The notes: a model not told the origin generated them from the sequence alone. 63,260 bases of DNA, filler included, from Hyphochytrium catenoides (GCA_900088475.1; 7 parts of 7 records of this genome joined end to end with filler, not necessarily neighbours in it), one strand, 5' to 3'. Counted from the whole stretch's first letter, positions 1 to 14,218 are shown. Translations and numbers: made by a program.

Positions 1-426
1 CTCTCTCTCACACACACACTCTGTGCCGCTCTCTCCCTCTTTTTCTCAGCCTCCATTTCACTATCTAACACGCTCTTCCCCTTCTAATCGCCGCTCACTC
101 ACCTGCATCCCGGTCTCTCACTTCCCTCCTTGGACACGGTTTATTCCATCATATAGTCTTCTCTCTCTCTCCCTCTTAAGCTCTCTCTTAAGCTCTCCTT
201 CTTGGCACTTAGTTGCTGCAGTCAGCCCAACTCAAAGCTGTCATTGCCCTTTCTTGACGCAACGACTTCAGACAACACATTCCTTCTCCGCTGCTGATTC
301 CCTCAAGCTCTTGAAGTGAGCGTACGTGAGGTTGTTGGTGGGCGATGGGGGAGCGCAGCTATGCGGCGGGGCTGTCCTACTGGGCATCCCCTTCTCTCCG
401 GTCTTGATACCTAAGACAGAAAGGCC

Positions 427-3400
427 ATGGATCCTCCCCGAGGGCCCCCTCCTCGGCCCTCCGGGCCTCCGCCCCCTCGGCCTGCGGGAGCTCCACCTCC
501 TAGGCCGAGTGGGCCTCCGCCTCAAGCAAACAAAGACGGAGGAACAGGCTCAGGCTCGGCTCCCCCACGGCCCGCAGCACCACCACCTCGTCCTGCTGGA
601 GCTCCGCCTCCAAGGCCCGCGGGGCTTCCTCCACCCAAAGCTGAGGCACCTGCACTGGTTTCATCACCCCCTACACGGCCAGCTGCCCCACCTCCGCGAC
701 CCGCGGGAGCACCGCCTCCTCGGTCAGAGGGAGCAGGTCTTTCCTCTCCCTCTCCTTCTCCACCACCTCGACCAGCAGGAGCTCCCCCTCCTCGTCCTTC
801 TGGAGCTCCGCCCCCCAGGCCAGCTGGAGNNNNNNNNNNNNNNNNNNNNNNNNNNNNNNNNNNNNNCCTCTGGTTCACCTCCTCCGAGACCCGCGGGCGC
901 ACCTCCGCCGAGACCAGCAGGTATTCCTCCTTCAAGAGCAGAGGAAGGAGCTTCCGTGCCGCCAAAACCTGCAGGGCCTCCTCCTTCTCAAAGGCCTGGT
1001 GGAGCGGATGCAGACAAGGGCGGCGCGGTCTTATCTTCTTCACCTCCTCAACGCCCATCGGGCTCTCCTCCTCCTAGACCAGCCGGAGCACCGCCTTCGG
1101 GAGGAGGAGCTCCCCCTCCCAGGCCTGCGGGAACTCCACCTGCCTCAGAGACAGGAGCTGCTTCCGCTCCTCCTCGCCCAGGTGGCTCACCTCCTCCACG
1201 TCCAACAGGCGTCCCACCTCCAAGAGCCGAAGGGGCTATTACTCGCCCGCCGCGACCAGCAGGCCCTCCACCTCCTCGTCCTTCTGGCTCTCCGCCTCCC
1301 AGACCTGTGGGCGCTCCTCCTCCAAGGCGAGAAGTTGCCTCTCTTCCTCCCAGGCCTGCTGGTTCTTCACCAACGCAAAGCGAAGCTGGGGACAGTTTGC
1401 AAAAAGACGGAGCACTTGTTCCTTCTCCTCCAATACCCGCAGCTGCCAAACCTGATCAAGTGCCCGCGGCTCCTTCCTCGGCTCCTGCAGAGCCAGAAGC
1501 CGCAAGAGGGGTTCCTACCCAGGAGCAAACAGCGGTCAGAGACGAGACAGAGAAGGCGAAGGCTGCTAGCTTCGGCCCCAAGGACGCTGAACCGCTGCCA
1601 CCTTCCTCGGCCTCTCCTGGATCTGAGGAGAAGATCAACGTGGCCGCTCCTTCCAGCTCGGCTCCCGTTGTTAATGCTCCTCAGGCGAGGGCTCAAGAGG
1701 AACCTATCGCTCCCCCACAGGAGAAAGCAAAGGAGCCATCTTCCGATCAAGGACCTTCTGCTCCAGAGTCTCTCTCGGCTGCTACAGCTCCTCCTCCTGC
1801 TGCTGTTTTCCCTACTGTTCCAGCAGAACCTACCCGTCTCCCTTCTTCTCCTTCTGTGGCAGCAGCAGCTCCTAGGGAAGCACCAGCCATCCCAGGGGCA
1901 GAACAGAAAGAATTGACAGCTGACCAGTCAGGAGGTCAAGCTGCTTCTACTTCGTCACCTGCCCTCCCCGCGTCAACTGCTTCACCTATTCAGCCCGCAG
2001 GCAAAGAGCAGACCGCCACAACTCGAAATGAGGCAGAGAAGGGGCCTCTAGGAGAAAGCGGAGTTGTAACAGCAGCAGGCCCTCGACCACTCCCTCCTGG
2101 TCCTCCGCCCTCCTCTGCCGATGCTAGTGCTCCTAGCCCTGCCTCCCCCCCGTCTCCTGCAGCAGCAAAAGCAGCCGTCAAACGTCCCTTGCCACCTGGA
2201 CCGCCGCCAGAGAAGACTGAGACAACTAAAGCGGCAGGTAAACTATGCATCTGATTGCTCGATAGCTGAAGGAACGAGAAGTGCGAACCTTTACTTACTA
2301 AGAGAGCTCGGGAAGCTCACTCCTTTTTGACCTAACCTTCAACTGACTCTTATGACTGTTCTCCTCCTCTTGGTAACCTTTCTTGCTCGGGTTCACTCTG
2401 CGGCGGGCCTCTCTCTGTTTTCTCTCTCCCCTGTCCATACCCACTTGCTCTCTCATCATTTCTCTCCTTTGTTGTCATACGCAGCCAAGGCAACAGTTCC
2501 TCCTCGACCTTCGAAGGTGGGTCCTGTTCCTGCTCGAGCACTTCCAAAGGATCAAGAGCTGGCTCTTTCCAGTGCCGCTGACGGAAAGTCTGCCCCGCCG
2601 TCCCTAAAAAAACAGCCTCCACCACCTCCAAAGCAGCCACCTCCTCCACCCAAGCAGCCACCTCCGCCACCAAAGCAAGCTCCGCCTCCCCCAAAAAGTC
2701 CGCCGCCACCTCCCAAGCAGCCGCCTCCGCCTCCAAAAGCCCCTCCTCCACCTCCAAAAGCTCCTCCTCCTCCTTCTCAGCGTAAGTTCAGCATCTCTCA
2801 GTGCCCCAAGTGTTCGACTAACCCTGTTAAGCAGCGCTCCCTGACCTTAACCAATCCCTTAACATCACATAGCCTTTCTCTCTTGCTGGCTTCTGGCTTT
2901 CCTGTGGGAGTCCTTTGCTCTCAAGCTCCATGGACTTAATGTCATAGTATAGTGCTGTTGTCGCAGTCTCTTCGTTGTTGCTGCTCCTCTCTCTCAACTC
3001 ACTCACTTCCTCCATGCATCATTCCCATACGTTTCAGCGCGGCCAAGTGCACCTTCTCCATCTCCCATCTCGACACTCGTCAAGCGTGGGCGCTTCACGA
3101 TCATCTGCCTTGAGGGCACAGAACTAGGGAAGAAAGGTATCTCTATCGCTACTTCAGAGGGTCATAGGGCTCGAACTGGCCACTGCTTCTATGTGCTTGT
3201 CCTCTCTATTCTAAGAGTCTCTCCGTCGTCTTGACTTTCCGTCTTTCCTTCAACCCTTTCTTATTCTTTTCCTATTCAGTTCTGCATATGTTGTTTCGGC
3301 CATTATGCTATACTTCGTCTCTTGCTCTCCCCGTCCGTAGCCGTCTCTTGCGGACGGTAACTTTTTCGCTATCCCGCCATTCTCGCGCCTCCTTCTTACT

Positions 3401-6400
3401 GTTCTCCTTCTGTCACGGCCCCACGTATCTCTGCCATTCTCTCGTTTTCCACGCTCATTCCCTATCCCAGGCAAGCCTTCCAAGCTCTCGCCTTATGTCA
3501 AGCTCACCATCGGGAAGGGCGAGAATGCCTTGAAACAGAAGAGCGAGACCATCAAGGATGCTGGGCCCTCGCCATCTTTCTATGAGCAAGAGCTCAAGTT
3601 TGATCTCCATTCCCCCATGGACTACGTCCAAGACAATGATCTCACGCTTACGGTAGTCTTCTATCCTCTCTATCTCTATGTATCTATCTAGCTATCCATC
3701 TGTGTATCCCCATCCATCTCTCCTAGTTCGCCTCTTTCTTTCCCTTCGCTCGATCTTTTCAGTCTTTAGGCTTGATTTCATTCCAGCTACCGTCTCCGTA
3801 CTCAGAACGAGGCTGTAGGTCCTACTGTTCTTACTTTGGCTTGGCCGCTTCATGCAAACCTTACTCTCTTCTATGTGTCTCCCACTGATCCTGTCGGCCG
3901 TTCCTCTCTCCCTTCTCCCTTTGCTGGCCTAGATTGAGGTGTGGAATGCCGCTTTCATTTCTGACGAGCTGCTTGGAGCACTGGAAATCTCTCTCCTTCG
4001 TTTCTATGATGGCAACTTCAGAGCAGAGTATTTTGAGCTAAAGGACCCGAAGACAGAGGAGAAGGCGGGCGGGATCTCCTTGAGGATTGGGTGAGTACAT
4101 GGTAGTACGACTGAGGGAGCAGTCGGAAAAGGCCGAAGGACGGAATCAGGCATCTATCCGAGAGACAGAGAGCAGAGGCATGGTTGATAGGTCGAAGGTG
4201 TCAGTACCCAGCCTTTGCTTAGCTACCAGAGTCCCATATCAAGAAAGGCAGCGCATAGCAGGTGTGGGGTGACCGCAGGGAAGATGGACGATTAGCGAAG
4301 GACTAGGAGGAGCGGGAGATATTTGGCTGGGTGTTGGTACCTGTGGGCTCGCCCTCTCTAAGCACCGTCACCTTCTCTTCTGGCTACCTTCTTTCGTTGC
4401 CTTCCGCTTCGTTACCCTTCTCTCTTCGCTCTCTTAGCTTTCAGGAGGCGCTTATTGGAATGCTTTGCATCACGACGATAGAGGGACGACAGTTGAAGAA
4501 CCAGGAGCTACTGGGGAAGCAGGATCCTTACTGCAGATTTGAGTTTGGGAAGACAGTGAAGAGAGGAAGCACAGTGCAGAAAGGTCCTCCTCCCTCCTGC
4601 TAGTACACACCAGCGCTGTGTCTTTTCTCACTCTGCTTCCTGTCAGCTCATCACTTCTTTCCCGTCGTTACTCTTCCATCAGTCTCTACTGACGAATGTT
4701 GGCTCCCTGAACCTTGGTCCTTCTTTCTGGCTCCTCAGCTCTCTTTATGATGCACTAGAATCTCCTTGATTACGTCGTTCCAGCTCTGCATTGTCTGTCG
4801 GTACAACTTACTGCTTTCATGCGCCAGGTCACTCCGTTTCCTCCTTTCTTTCGCAGAGTCCTCAACTCATTCTCTCTGACTCTCTCACTCTCAATCGCCG
4901 TTTTGGCAGGCGGCAGCAACCCCTATTTTAAGGAAGAAGAAATCTCTTTTTGGGTGGATTCTCAGGAGTGGGTGCAGGACATTACCGCTGCGGTCCTCGA
5001 TCAGGACATTGGAAGTGATGACCTTATCGGGTCTGCGCCTCTTTCTCTACTCGAGGCCATGCAGCACAGGGGACCTAGGGTAAGAACAAGGCGCCAGAGA
5101 GTAATGCACTGACCAAGGGGTTAGCCTGGTGTCCCGGGACGAACCTGAAGGGCCAGAGAAGCTGCTCAGAGATAGAGGACAAGACGTTAGGCCCATCTTC
5201 GTGGTGCGCTGCGAGAATCGCAGATGGTCCGATTAACATTGTCCCCATTTCCTCTCTCTCTTCTTCTTCGCTGTATCCCATGCTTCTGTGCTTCATAGGA
5301 AGTAGTCTTGAAATTGACCAAGAAAGGGAAGTTCTCTGGCGAGCTAGTGCTACAAGTAGAGTTCCTCCCCGCAGGGAAGCTGACTGTTCTTTGCGTGGTA
5401 AGGGCCGCCGCCCGACTGGGTTCTTACAAGATCTTGATCTCATCGTTGTCTAGAGAGAGAAGAACCTAGCAAAGTCTTCAAGCCTTTCTCGCACTCTTCT
5501 TCCGCTTGCACCGTCCCATCTAGCTTTTTTACGGCATCTCGCACTCTCCTTCTGTCAAGCTTCTGAGTAGCACCACGCAGAGGCGTTATTAGATATATTT
5601 CCGCCCTTGCACTTGCCATTCTCTGTCAGCTTGTGTTGAAACTATTGTCGCCCAGCGGCCAGTCTGTTCCTTCTCTCCTTCCCCCAATCCTCACCCTCTG
5701 CAGACCCTTTCTTGGAGCTTATTCTCCACATTCACCCTGATTCCTGTTCTTGGCGTGTCTCTGATTCCTCTAGGAAGGGAAAAAGCTCCGAGATGTAGAC
5801 AGTCTCGGCAAGCAGGACCCTTACCTCGTCATCTCCACCGAGGGGGCAACCACCTTGACCAAGAAGAGGACGCGGACAGATCAGCGGGGAGGGACGGCGC
5901 CGCGGTGGAATGAGTCTTTGACTTTCTGGCTGGTGGACCAGTTCTCTCTTAAGGTTCAGGCGTGGGACGAGGACACGATAGGATCTGATGATCTCATAGG
6001 TGAAGCCAAGCTGCTCTGCAGTCTCTTTCTTCTTGTTTCTCTCTCTCTCTAGGTTGTCCGCTATGCTTCTTATCTTTCTCCCATGGATTATTTCTTTTCC
6101 AATAGCATGTCCTTGGTTCTCTCGTGTCGCTCACTCTTCATCCTCTTATTCTCAGGCTCAGCGGAAGTGTCGCTCCTCTCGGCCTTTAAAAATGGTGTGA
6201 TGGACTCGTGGGTGAAGCTGAGCCACACTAACAGGATTGGCACTGAGGAGTACGCTGGAGAAGTGCATCTGATGATCAACTTTGAAGGGCCCAGCGGGAT
6301 CAAGTACCCGCAGCATCAGGTAGAATGTCGTCCTCGCATCCTTCCAATGCTCTACTCTCATCCGTGTCTTTTACTCTCTCTCTCTCTCTCGCTCTCTCCC

Positions 6401-9028
6401 TCAATCTCGCTTATCGTCTGGGTCACTATCTCACCCTCCTCCTTACTTTGCCGGTCTTCTGGCATTGGGCACATTCTCTTACCATCACCCGCTACTCCGC
6501 TCTGCTTAGCCTATGATGGATTCCTTCGATGAGAGCCAAAGAGTGAATATAAAGCGGGTCAATCGCCCGTCAACCGTGGCGTCCGACAAGGGCCGAATGT
6601 CTATCCTCGTCGAAGAAGATGGACAAGTTAAAGAAGTCACGACAGAGGAAGAGACTAAGAGGAAAGACGAAGAAGGTCTAGGTCCTGCCAAAACGTAAGT
6701 TCCTGCGTTGAACATCGCCAGGGCTATCTCAGGTTCTGTCACTATTGTCACTCCAACCCTATCTGAGCTGGTTGCCTCTCTCTCTCTCCTATCTTTTACA
6801 GCGTTATTTCCTTTGTCAAGCATATCCTTCTTCTCGAGGACGTGGCTTTTCCTTCTCCCCTCGTAACCCCATCTCATCCCACCTCTCGCCTCTTTGCTAC
6901 CTCTGGACATCGCAGATACCAAGGATCTGCAGAGTTCACAGAGGAAGAGATCCGTCAGGCGTTCGCCTTCATTGATCTTGACCGAAACAATTTTATCGGA
7001 GCGGCAGAGATCCGTCACATCCTGATCTGCATGGGCGAACTGATCACCGATGAGGAGATAGATGAGATGATCAACATGGTTGACCAAGACGGAGATGGAC
7101 AGGTAAATCGCAAGAGACAAGAAGAAAGCAGCATCCTCAGAGATGCTTGATTGCTAAGACTTAAACAAGAAGTAACCGGAAGGGCTATGACAGAGGAGGC
7201 ATACCGGGTAGCGAGACGGCAATATCATCAGCGGGTCTAAGTCTAAGGGAGTAGGGGGACACAAGCCTCTTGCCGCGGCTGCCGATAAGAGGAGGCTGTC
7301 CAGAGAACATGGGTATGGGAGATGAAGAGAACAAAGTAGGCCGATGGGTAGGGGACGCCCAAGGTGGGATGAACCTAGGGGTGGCAGAGCCTCCAGCCAG
7401 GAGCGCCACTCTGTCCTAATTTTCCATCTACGCTTGTCATAGGTCAGCTTCGATGAGTTCTATCGCCTGGTGATCCACCCCGACCCAGCCTCCCCAGAAT
7501 TCTCCCAGAGAAACGTCACAGGTCCGATTCATATTCTCGTCCCTTCTTCTTCTTTGACCCTCCTGTCTCCTCCCTAAGACTGACCTAACCGTTGGTTCTG
7601 CCAACAAATTGGTTCATATTCTCTCGCCGCTGTCTCTCGTATAAGCCTCGGCTGGCCCTTCATTTTCTTCTCTGTTGTCCCACGCGGTGTATCTTCGCGT
7701 AAAGGCGTTGTCTATGTTCCTAAAGCTTTTCTGGGCTTCCTTCTATACATTTCGACGGATCCTTTTCCCTTATGATGTCTGCAGCGGACGGCGAGACACC
7801 GCCGCCTCCGCCGGGCAGTGCACCCGCCGCGCAGCAGCAGGACTTCGCACTGAAGAAGGAGAAGAGAGATTTGTTGCAAAGATTTTGTTCAGAGAACTCT
7901 CTGACAGTGGAGAGAGTGACGAAGGCTCACGTGCGCTTCATGGCCACCAAGCCGACCGGATATATGGTCGACCTGCAAACGATGTGTGACCTCCTTTTGG
8001 TAGGACCGCACGTTATCTCCCTCTCTCCTTTCGGAAGGGAGTGTCCTCTGTTCGAGAAAGAGTGTTCTCTGTGCCCAAAGCTCCTGGCTCATTGGCGCTG
8101 CGGCTTTCTCTTCTTCACGCTTGTTCCTTCACGGACTAACGTTCCCTGTCCCCGATCCTGTTGCCCTTCTCTCACGTAGGTGGAACCCACCGGAGAAACA
8201 AAGTCACTCTTCAGTCTGTTCGATCGAGCAGGTTCAGGCCAGATCGATGTCAGGGAGTTTCTTCTAGGTAGGGCTCTATGTAGGACTGCAGCTTCTCACT
8301 CTGCCCATCAATGCAGCTCTGTCACTCTGCCCATCAATGCAGCTCTGTTGCGTTTTTCCACTTCTCTTGTCCCTCTTTGTGGCAACCATCCTATCCATCT
8401 TGCCAGCGCCTTTCCTCTAAACCTTAATTTACTTTTCACTTCTGGCTGTGTCTCTCTTGGCAATCCCTTGTCTTGTTCCGTTTAGCTGGCACTTTCTCAA
8501 CTATCAGCCCTATCCCTTCTCTCTGTCTATACCTTTCCCAATCCACTGCCCGCTCCTGCCCTATGTGACTCTTCACCCACTTCTCTTTGTCCTTCGTCCG
8601 TCCTTCCCTAGCTGTGAATAGCTTCACCGGAGCTACGAAGGAAGAAAGGGCAAAGTTCGCGTTTGAGCTGTTTGACGATGATCGTAACGGCTATTTGACA
8701 GAAGATGAGCTCCTTAACATTCTTAAAGCCAACCACCTCGCGGTAATGAGGAAGCAGACTCTTCGGTTCTCTTTGCTTCCTAATTATGCCAATGACTCGC
8801 CCTACTCTTCCTTCTCATCCTTCCTCGACACCCTCGTAGTCTACCTCAGCTAACACTCGCGATGTCTTAACCCTACGTCAGGCATCTGACGCTCAGGTGC
8901 AAGCTAAGGCCAACCTCATTCTAAAGCAAGCAGATGACAGCGGCGACGGGCGGCTGGACTACGGCGAGTTCCTGGCCATCAGCAAAAAGTTCCCGAACAT
9001 ACTATTCCCAGCCTTCCAGGGCGAATAG
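427..9028 (+). CDS. Multi-exon protein: long Pro-rich N-terminus, three C2 domains, a calmodulin-like EF-hand pair and a calcineurin-B/NCS-like EF-hand module
   Basis: ATG at 427; exon 1 runs to 2237 (N gap at 830-866). Exons splice in frame through GT-AG sites. C2 motifs: [58 protein letters not shown] loops: [60 protein letters not shown]. Stop TAG at 9026-9028. Confidence 0.85.
8296..8347. repeat. 26-bp tandem duplication in an intron
   Basis: TCACTCTGCCCATCAATGCAGCTCTG x2. Confidence 0.9.
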
Positions 9029-9530
9029 AGGGAAACCATAGAGTAGACATTAGTCTATCCTTGAATTTGCCTGATGTAGGCCGATGCTGCCTTCCTGTTG
9101 GTGAGGCGGGGTCACAGTCATCGAAGACTGCTGCCCATTCGATCATTTATTGTCAGAGAGTGCACAGCTTGTACTACTCGACCAAGGAACCCACATGGAG
9201 GGCCCAATCTAGCTGTTTGTCGGATCCTTTCCTTCCTGGCTTTGAAACTTCACTGTAGGTGTTCCCTCCGCCAATTTAGTTCATCCAAAGGTTGCACTAC
9301 TTTTAAGAGTTCTAAACGCCGGTCTGCCGTCCAGCTTGGCTTCTTCAGTCACTAACTATGCTCTAATGGAAGCAAGTCTTTCTACTGCCGTTCGTCTCAA
9401 GACGACCGCCCAAAGGTACAGCCGAGGGAGAAGGGAGACAGAAGGAAGGAGACAGCGCGTAGTGAAGATTACTGCGGATATCATCTTGATAACGGTGAAT
9501 GGAAAGTCAGAACACCTACAGTCACGACCA

Positions 9531-9592
9531 TGCTTTGCTTCAGATCCTCCTGACACTTCACTGCTTTGCTTCAGATCCTCCTGACACTTCAC
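9531..9592. repeat. 31-bp perfect tandem duplication
   Basis: TGCTTTGCTTCAGATCCTCCTGACACTTCAC x2. Confidence 0.9.
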
Positions 9593-10694
9593 TCCATAAC
9601 CCGCTTATTCATTGGTCGTCAGCTTTCCTTGCTGATGCCTGGGGTGTGCTTAGTCCCTCATGTCATTTTCCCTCTTAGTTGAGCCGTTCGGGTGTAATCA
9701 GCTACAGGTAGCTCCGCAAGCATGAACAGCCTGCGCGGCCACTCTTCTTGTCCTAACTAGAGTTGACTTGTCTAAAGACTGAATCTCCTTCCATAGTCCA
9801 GAGTTCTCACAGCTTCAGAGTTCCTAGCTCGTCCCCTTGTCACAGCGTCCTGAAGTTATGAAGGAAATTGGGTTCTCTGATGATGATGAAGCTCTGGAAA
9901 TCTATTATTTGTCTGATTTTGAAGAATTTCGTCTGGAATCTAATGTCCAGTAACTATAGTAAGATGATCAAATATGCTCTACGTGGCTGATACTCCACAG
10001 GACGGGTGGGCGATGCCCTTTATTATGGGGTGGAAGTGGGTGGAGTGGGAAAGCATGGGAGAAAGCCTCCTGTAGTTCTCGGAGTTGACAGAAATGGCCG
10101 CCAAGAGGACATGCTGCAGACTAAGCACAGGTTGACGAGAACAAAGAGTTGTGCGTTAGAATCAGTAGAAAAGCGCGTGCGTTTGTAATATTTCCATGTA
10201 AAGCCATCACTAGCGTTTTACATGTATGTGTCTGTCGGAGCTAAAAAGAGAGGTAGTGAGGCATTGGGTATAAATTCCTTGAGTTTGCGGGTGGGGTCCT
10301 GCCGTTTGCTGTACAGACCTGATCCGAACTTGGAGGGTATTACTATTCCAACCATCTACAGTGCTTCTTCAGTCTTCGTTCATCGTAGCGGTTGCACTAC
10401 TACCTCCCACCCACCCTTCAGTCTGCCTTGCACATACATTACAATCCTCTTCCCTTCCTTTCTCTCCCTTCCTCCTTAACACCACCCTCTTCACGCTCCC
10501 CTCCTAAGGCCCAGGCTAGATCCGAATATTCGCCGGATTTGCCTGTGATGATGGGCAACCGAACGGCTCTCTCCCTGACTCTTCGCCGCTGAACTGCACT
10601 TTCTTGGGGTTTGACTGTATGTGTGGTGCCGTGCCCGCCAAGAATGGGGTGAGACAGAGTGGCATGATAGATATGACCAAGACTGAGACAGACA

Positions 10695-10877
10695 GGGGGA
10701 GGGAGAGAGAGAGAGAGGGACAAAGAGAGAGCTAATTGTCCCACGAAGAGTGAGAGCGAGAAGCACAGACAGAAAGAAGAGAAGGAGAGGGAGAGAACGG
10801 GAAGAGACAGAACAGACTGTGAGAGTGTGTAAGAGAGAGAGTGTGTAAGAGAGAGAGTGTGAGAAAGAGAGAGCGAG

Positions 10878-10918
<41 letters not shown>

Positions 10919-10940
10919 AAGGGGGAGAGAGAGAGAGTCT
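10695..10940. repeat. GA-rich microsatellite/low-complexity tract upstream of CK1
   Basis: (GA)n runs visible directly. Confidence 0.85.
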
Positions 10941-11635
10941 AGGAAAGAGCGAGCGAGCCCTTGGGAAGAGTGTCACTGTGGTAGAACTATGGCTTCACAA
11001 ATCTCTGTGAGACTCAGCTACGCGGAGCTGAGGTGGGAGAGGGTCTGAGCAGTGTGACGGGCTCTCTCTATCAGAGTCTTCGGGGCTGCCAGCCGCGGTC
11101 TGAAGAGCTCTTCTTTTAACAGAGAATCCGGGAAGATTATTGTCTCCTTTGGAAGCGCCAGGACTGCCCATCCCTTTGAAGAATAAGGGCTCTCCCTACC
11201 TTGTTCGGGGACGTTGGAGAAGATCTAGGCTAGCCCATTGAGGACGTTTTGGCGTGATTGACGCTGGTGCCCTTGCATTTAGTTCTCTTATAGGTGGAGC
11301 TGTCCGGCATGATATTGCTTCGTTAGGGGAGCACTAGACTTCGGCGGGTGCGTGGGAATAGTTCCAGCTGCATCTGTTGAGAGAATTAGGAGCGCGTCTC
11401 AGGCGGTCGTTGCGAAGAGTGATTGTACACCTAGATTTGTTGGTTGAACATCGCGCTTCAGGTGGACCACTCTCGGCAGCCTCTTTGAAGGCCCTCACTG
11501 ACTGATCTTTTGAGGTAACTTGGCCGCTTTAGCTCCGGTTCCTTGCCGTCATTAGCTTATTTTCTTTATCTTTACCTTTAGCCGTACAGCATCTCTGTGA
11601 CCCTGGTTGGATCCGACCCATACTTTTTGTGAAGC

Positions 11636-14218
11636 ATGGAGCTGCGCGTTGGGAAGAAATATCGGCTAGGGAGGAAGATTGGCAGTGGTTCCTTTGGTGA
11701 CATCTACCTGGGAACCAACATGACCACGGGAGAAGAAGTGGCTATCAAGCTTGAATCTGTGCGAACCAAGCATCCCCAGCTATTCTATGAGTCCAAGATC
11801 TATAAGATTCTCCACGGAGGACGTACGTGACTTTGCTGCTAGTGATCTAGTCCTTCGATACTGCCCGCTGCGCCTCCTTCTCTTCTCTCTCTCGCTACGT
11901 TTTCCCGCATTTCTTTCCGCGATGGTTAGGCAGGAAGCCTTTCTGAGTCTATAGGGCCTCTTCTCGCTCAGAGTCATTCAGGAGTCGCTATAGAGATGCG
12001 CCTCTATCTTGGCTAGGTTTCTGCATTTTATCAGTTTGGTTCTATTCTTCTGTCGCACTACTCTTTCCCTCTGATCCCCTAGTGTTAACCATGGCACGTG
12101 ACTAATGGGTCCATCTCTTGCCATCATCTTCCTGTCTCAGTGGGCATCCCCAATATTAGGTGGTACGGAGTGGAGGGCGACTACAATGTGATGGTCCTAG
12201 ACCTGCTAGGTCCTTCTCTGGAGGATCTCTTCAACTACTGCGGGCGAAAGTTTGAGCTGAAGACCGTGCTTCTCATAGCAGAGCAGCTCCTCAGCCGCCT
12301 GGAGTATGTTCACTCTAAGAGCTTTATCCATCGAGATGTCAAGCCAGACAACTTTCTTATTGGACTCGGAAAGAGAGCAGGTGAGCCCTGCGACAGACGA
12401 AGGGGCGCCAGAGACCTGGGAGTCCCATTCTGTTTTTTTCCTGTATCTGGCTCTCCTCATCGCTCTGCTCTCGATCATCTCTTGTCCCACGTCCTGCGTC
12501 TGCAGAAGGTCAAGTAGGAAGAGTGCTAGTCTTAGAAGTGGTGTTTTGTGTCTGCAATTCGCTCAAAGTCCTTCTTGTTTAAAGGTCTACTCTCTTTCTT
12601 CGCTTCAATGAATATTGACTATTACGTTTCCTGCCTCCTCACATGATCATGCGGCGTTTTTCCGAACTCCTATAGGCATTTGCCATATCATTGACTTTGG
12701 ACTAGCCAAGAAGTACCGGGACCCAAAGACGCATCAGCACATACCTTATAGGGAGAACAAGAACCTTACAGGCACAGCTCGCTACGCAAGCATCAACACG
12801 CACATTGGCATTGAGCAGAGTCGGAGAGACGACTTGGAGTCGCTTGGATATGTGCTGATGTACTTCGTTAGAGGATCTTTGCCATGGCAGGGACTGAAAG
12901 CCAACACAAAGAAACAAAAATATGAGAAAATTATGGAGAAGAAGATGTCAACGCCCATTGAGGTGCTCTGCAAGAATTACCCAGGTGAGGAAGAAGAGAG
13001 GGAATGGAATAGAATAGATGGAGGGGAGATACCTCTTGAAAGCTGTAAGCTGGTTGAAGAAGCGACGCTAAGGGGAGTGGGAGATGCCAGCTTTATCCGT
13101 TGTAGGGCCCAAGGGCTTGCTCAAGGAAAAAGAGGCTGCTGAGCTGATATATCTGCCCTCTCTTCTCCCCCATTTTTATAGCTGAGTTCCGAGCATACTT
13201 CGAATACTGCCGAGCCCTCAGGTTTGACGATAAGCCTGACTATGTCTATCTCAAGGTAAGATACCGTCAAATTGGTGAAATCCAGTGTGATGTTGTCCTA
13301 CTTTCGTCTGGTAATTTTGCCTTGCGACATCTCCTTATCATGCTCTCTCTTCCTGGTACAAACGCCTGCTTCTAACTCGTCCGCACCTGTGTCCCGTTCT
13401 TTTCGCCTCCTTTATCAACTCGGCGTGTGTACAGCGTCTCTTCAAAGAGCTCTTTTTCCGCAAAGGTTACACGGCGGACGGAATGTTCGACTGGACTATC
13501 CTCAATTTGGTAAGGGCTATACAGAGAGGAGACCGGTGTGCGGAGCTAATGACTAGGCATACAAGACAAGCAAAGGATAGGGTGATAGACGGACATGCTC
13601 GGGGTAGAGCGATAGACCTATGGTTGGCCATTTTCTGGCTCACGCGCTCATTGTCTTCATGTGTTTCTTTGGGGTCTGAAGCAACAAGCAAGCAAGAATC
13701 GCCCTGTTGAGCGGCCTCTTAGGATTGAGTCACGCGAGTCAAGGGAGAAGCGCCAGGCGGTGAGCTAGAAAGACGCAGTGGCATGTATCACTCTCCTTTA
13801 CTCATGACTCCTTGTCGCTGGTTCCTACTTCTCTCTTTCTCTCGCTCTTCATCACAGGATAAGGGCGGAGATGAGGCTAAAGAAGAGAAGGCCGATGGTA
13901 AGTTGTGGAGCTTTTTGAAGGTGTCCTGGACGTGTGATTTCACGCTCTCGACCTCTTTCTCTGTTTTCCCCTTTCCTAGCGGAGGATGTTGTCCCAGTGA
14001 TGGATGGTGAAGACGTAAGAGGAGCTGGAGGGTATGGAGGCGTGAGGGTGGTAAGCTCGTATGCGCCCCAAGTGAGCGGTGGGCCGAGAGGTAAGTTTTG
14101 ATGTGTCTGTTACTTGACGACGTGACGCTCCTGACTCTTGCCTTCTATGCTTTCTCTCTTCTGTCTGTCCGCCTGTGCAGCCATGGAGGATGATCATGAC
14201 GCTAGAGGTCTCCATTAG
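11636..14218 (+). CDS. CK1: Casein kinase 1 (multi-exon)
   Basis: Motifs [65 protein letters not shown]. Exons 11636-11822, 12141-12380, 12676-12984, 13182-13255, 13435-13509, then four small tail exons ending ARGLH-TAG at 14216-14218 (tail less certain). Confidence 0.97.

Noticed and set aside
522-2757. Long antisense and alternative-frame ORFs over the Pro-rich exons
   Set aside because: Expected shadows of stop-poor CCN-rich coding sequence.
9875-9995. C/D-box snoRNA (TGATGA..CTGA)
   Set aside because: No terminal stem and no convincing rRNA-complementary guide.
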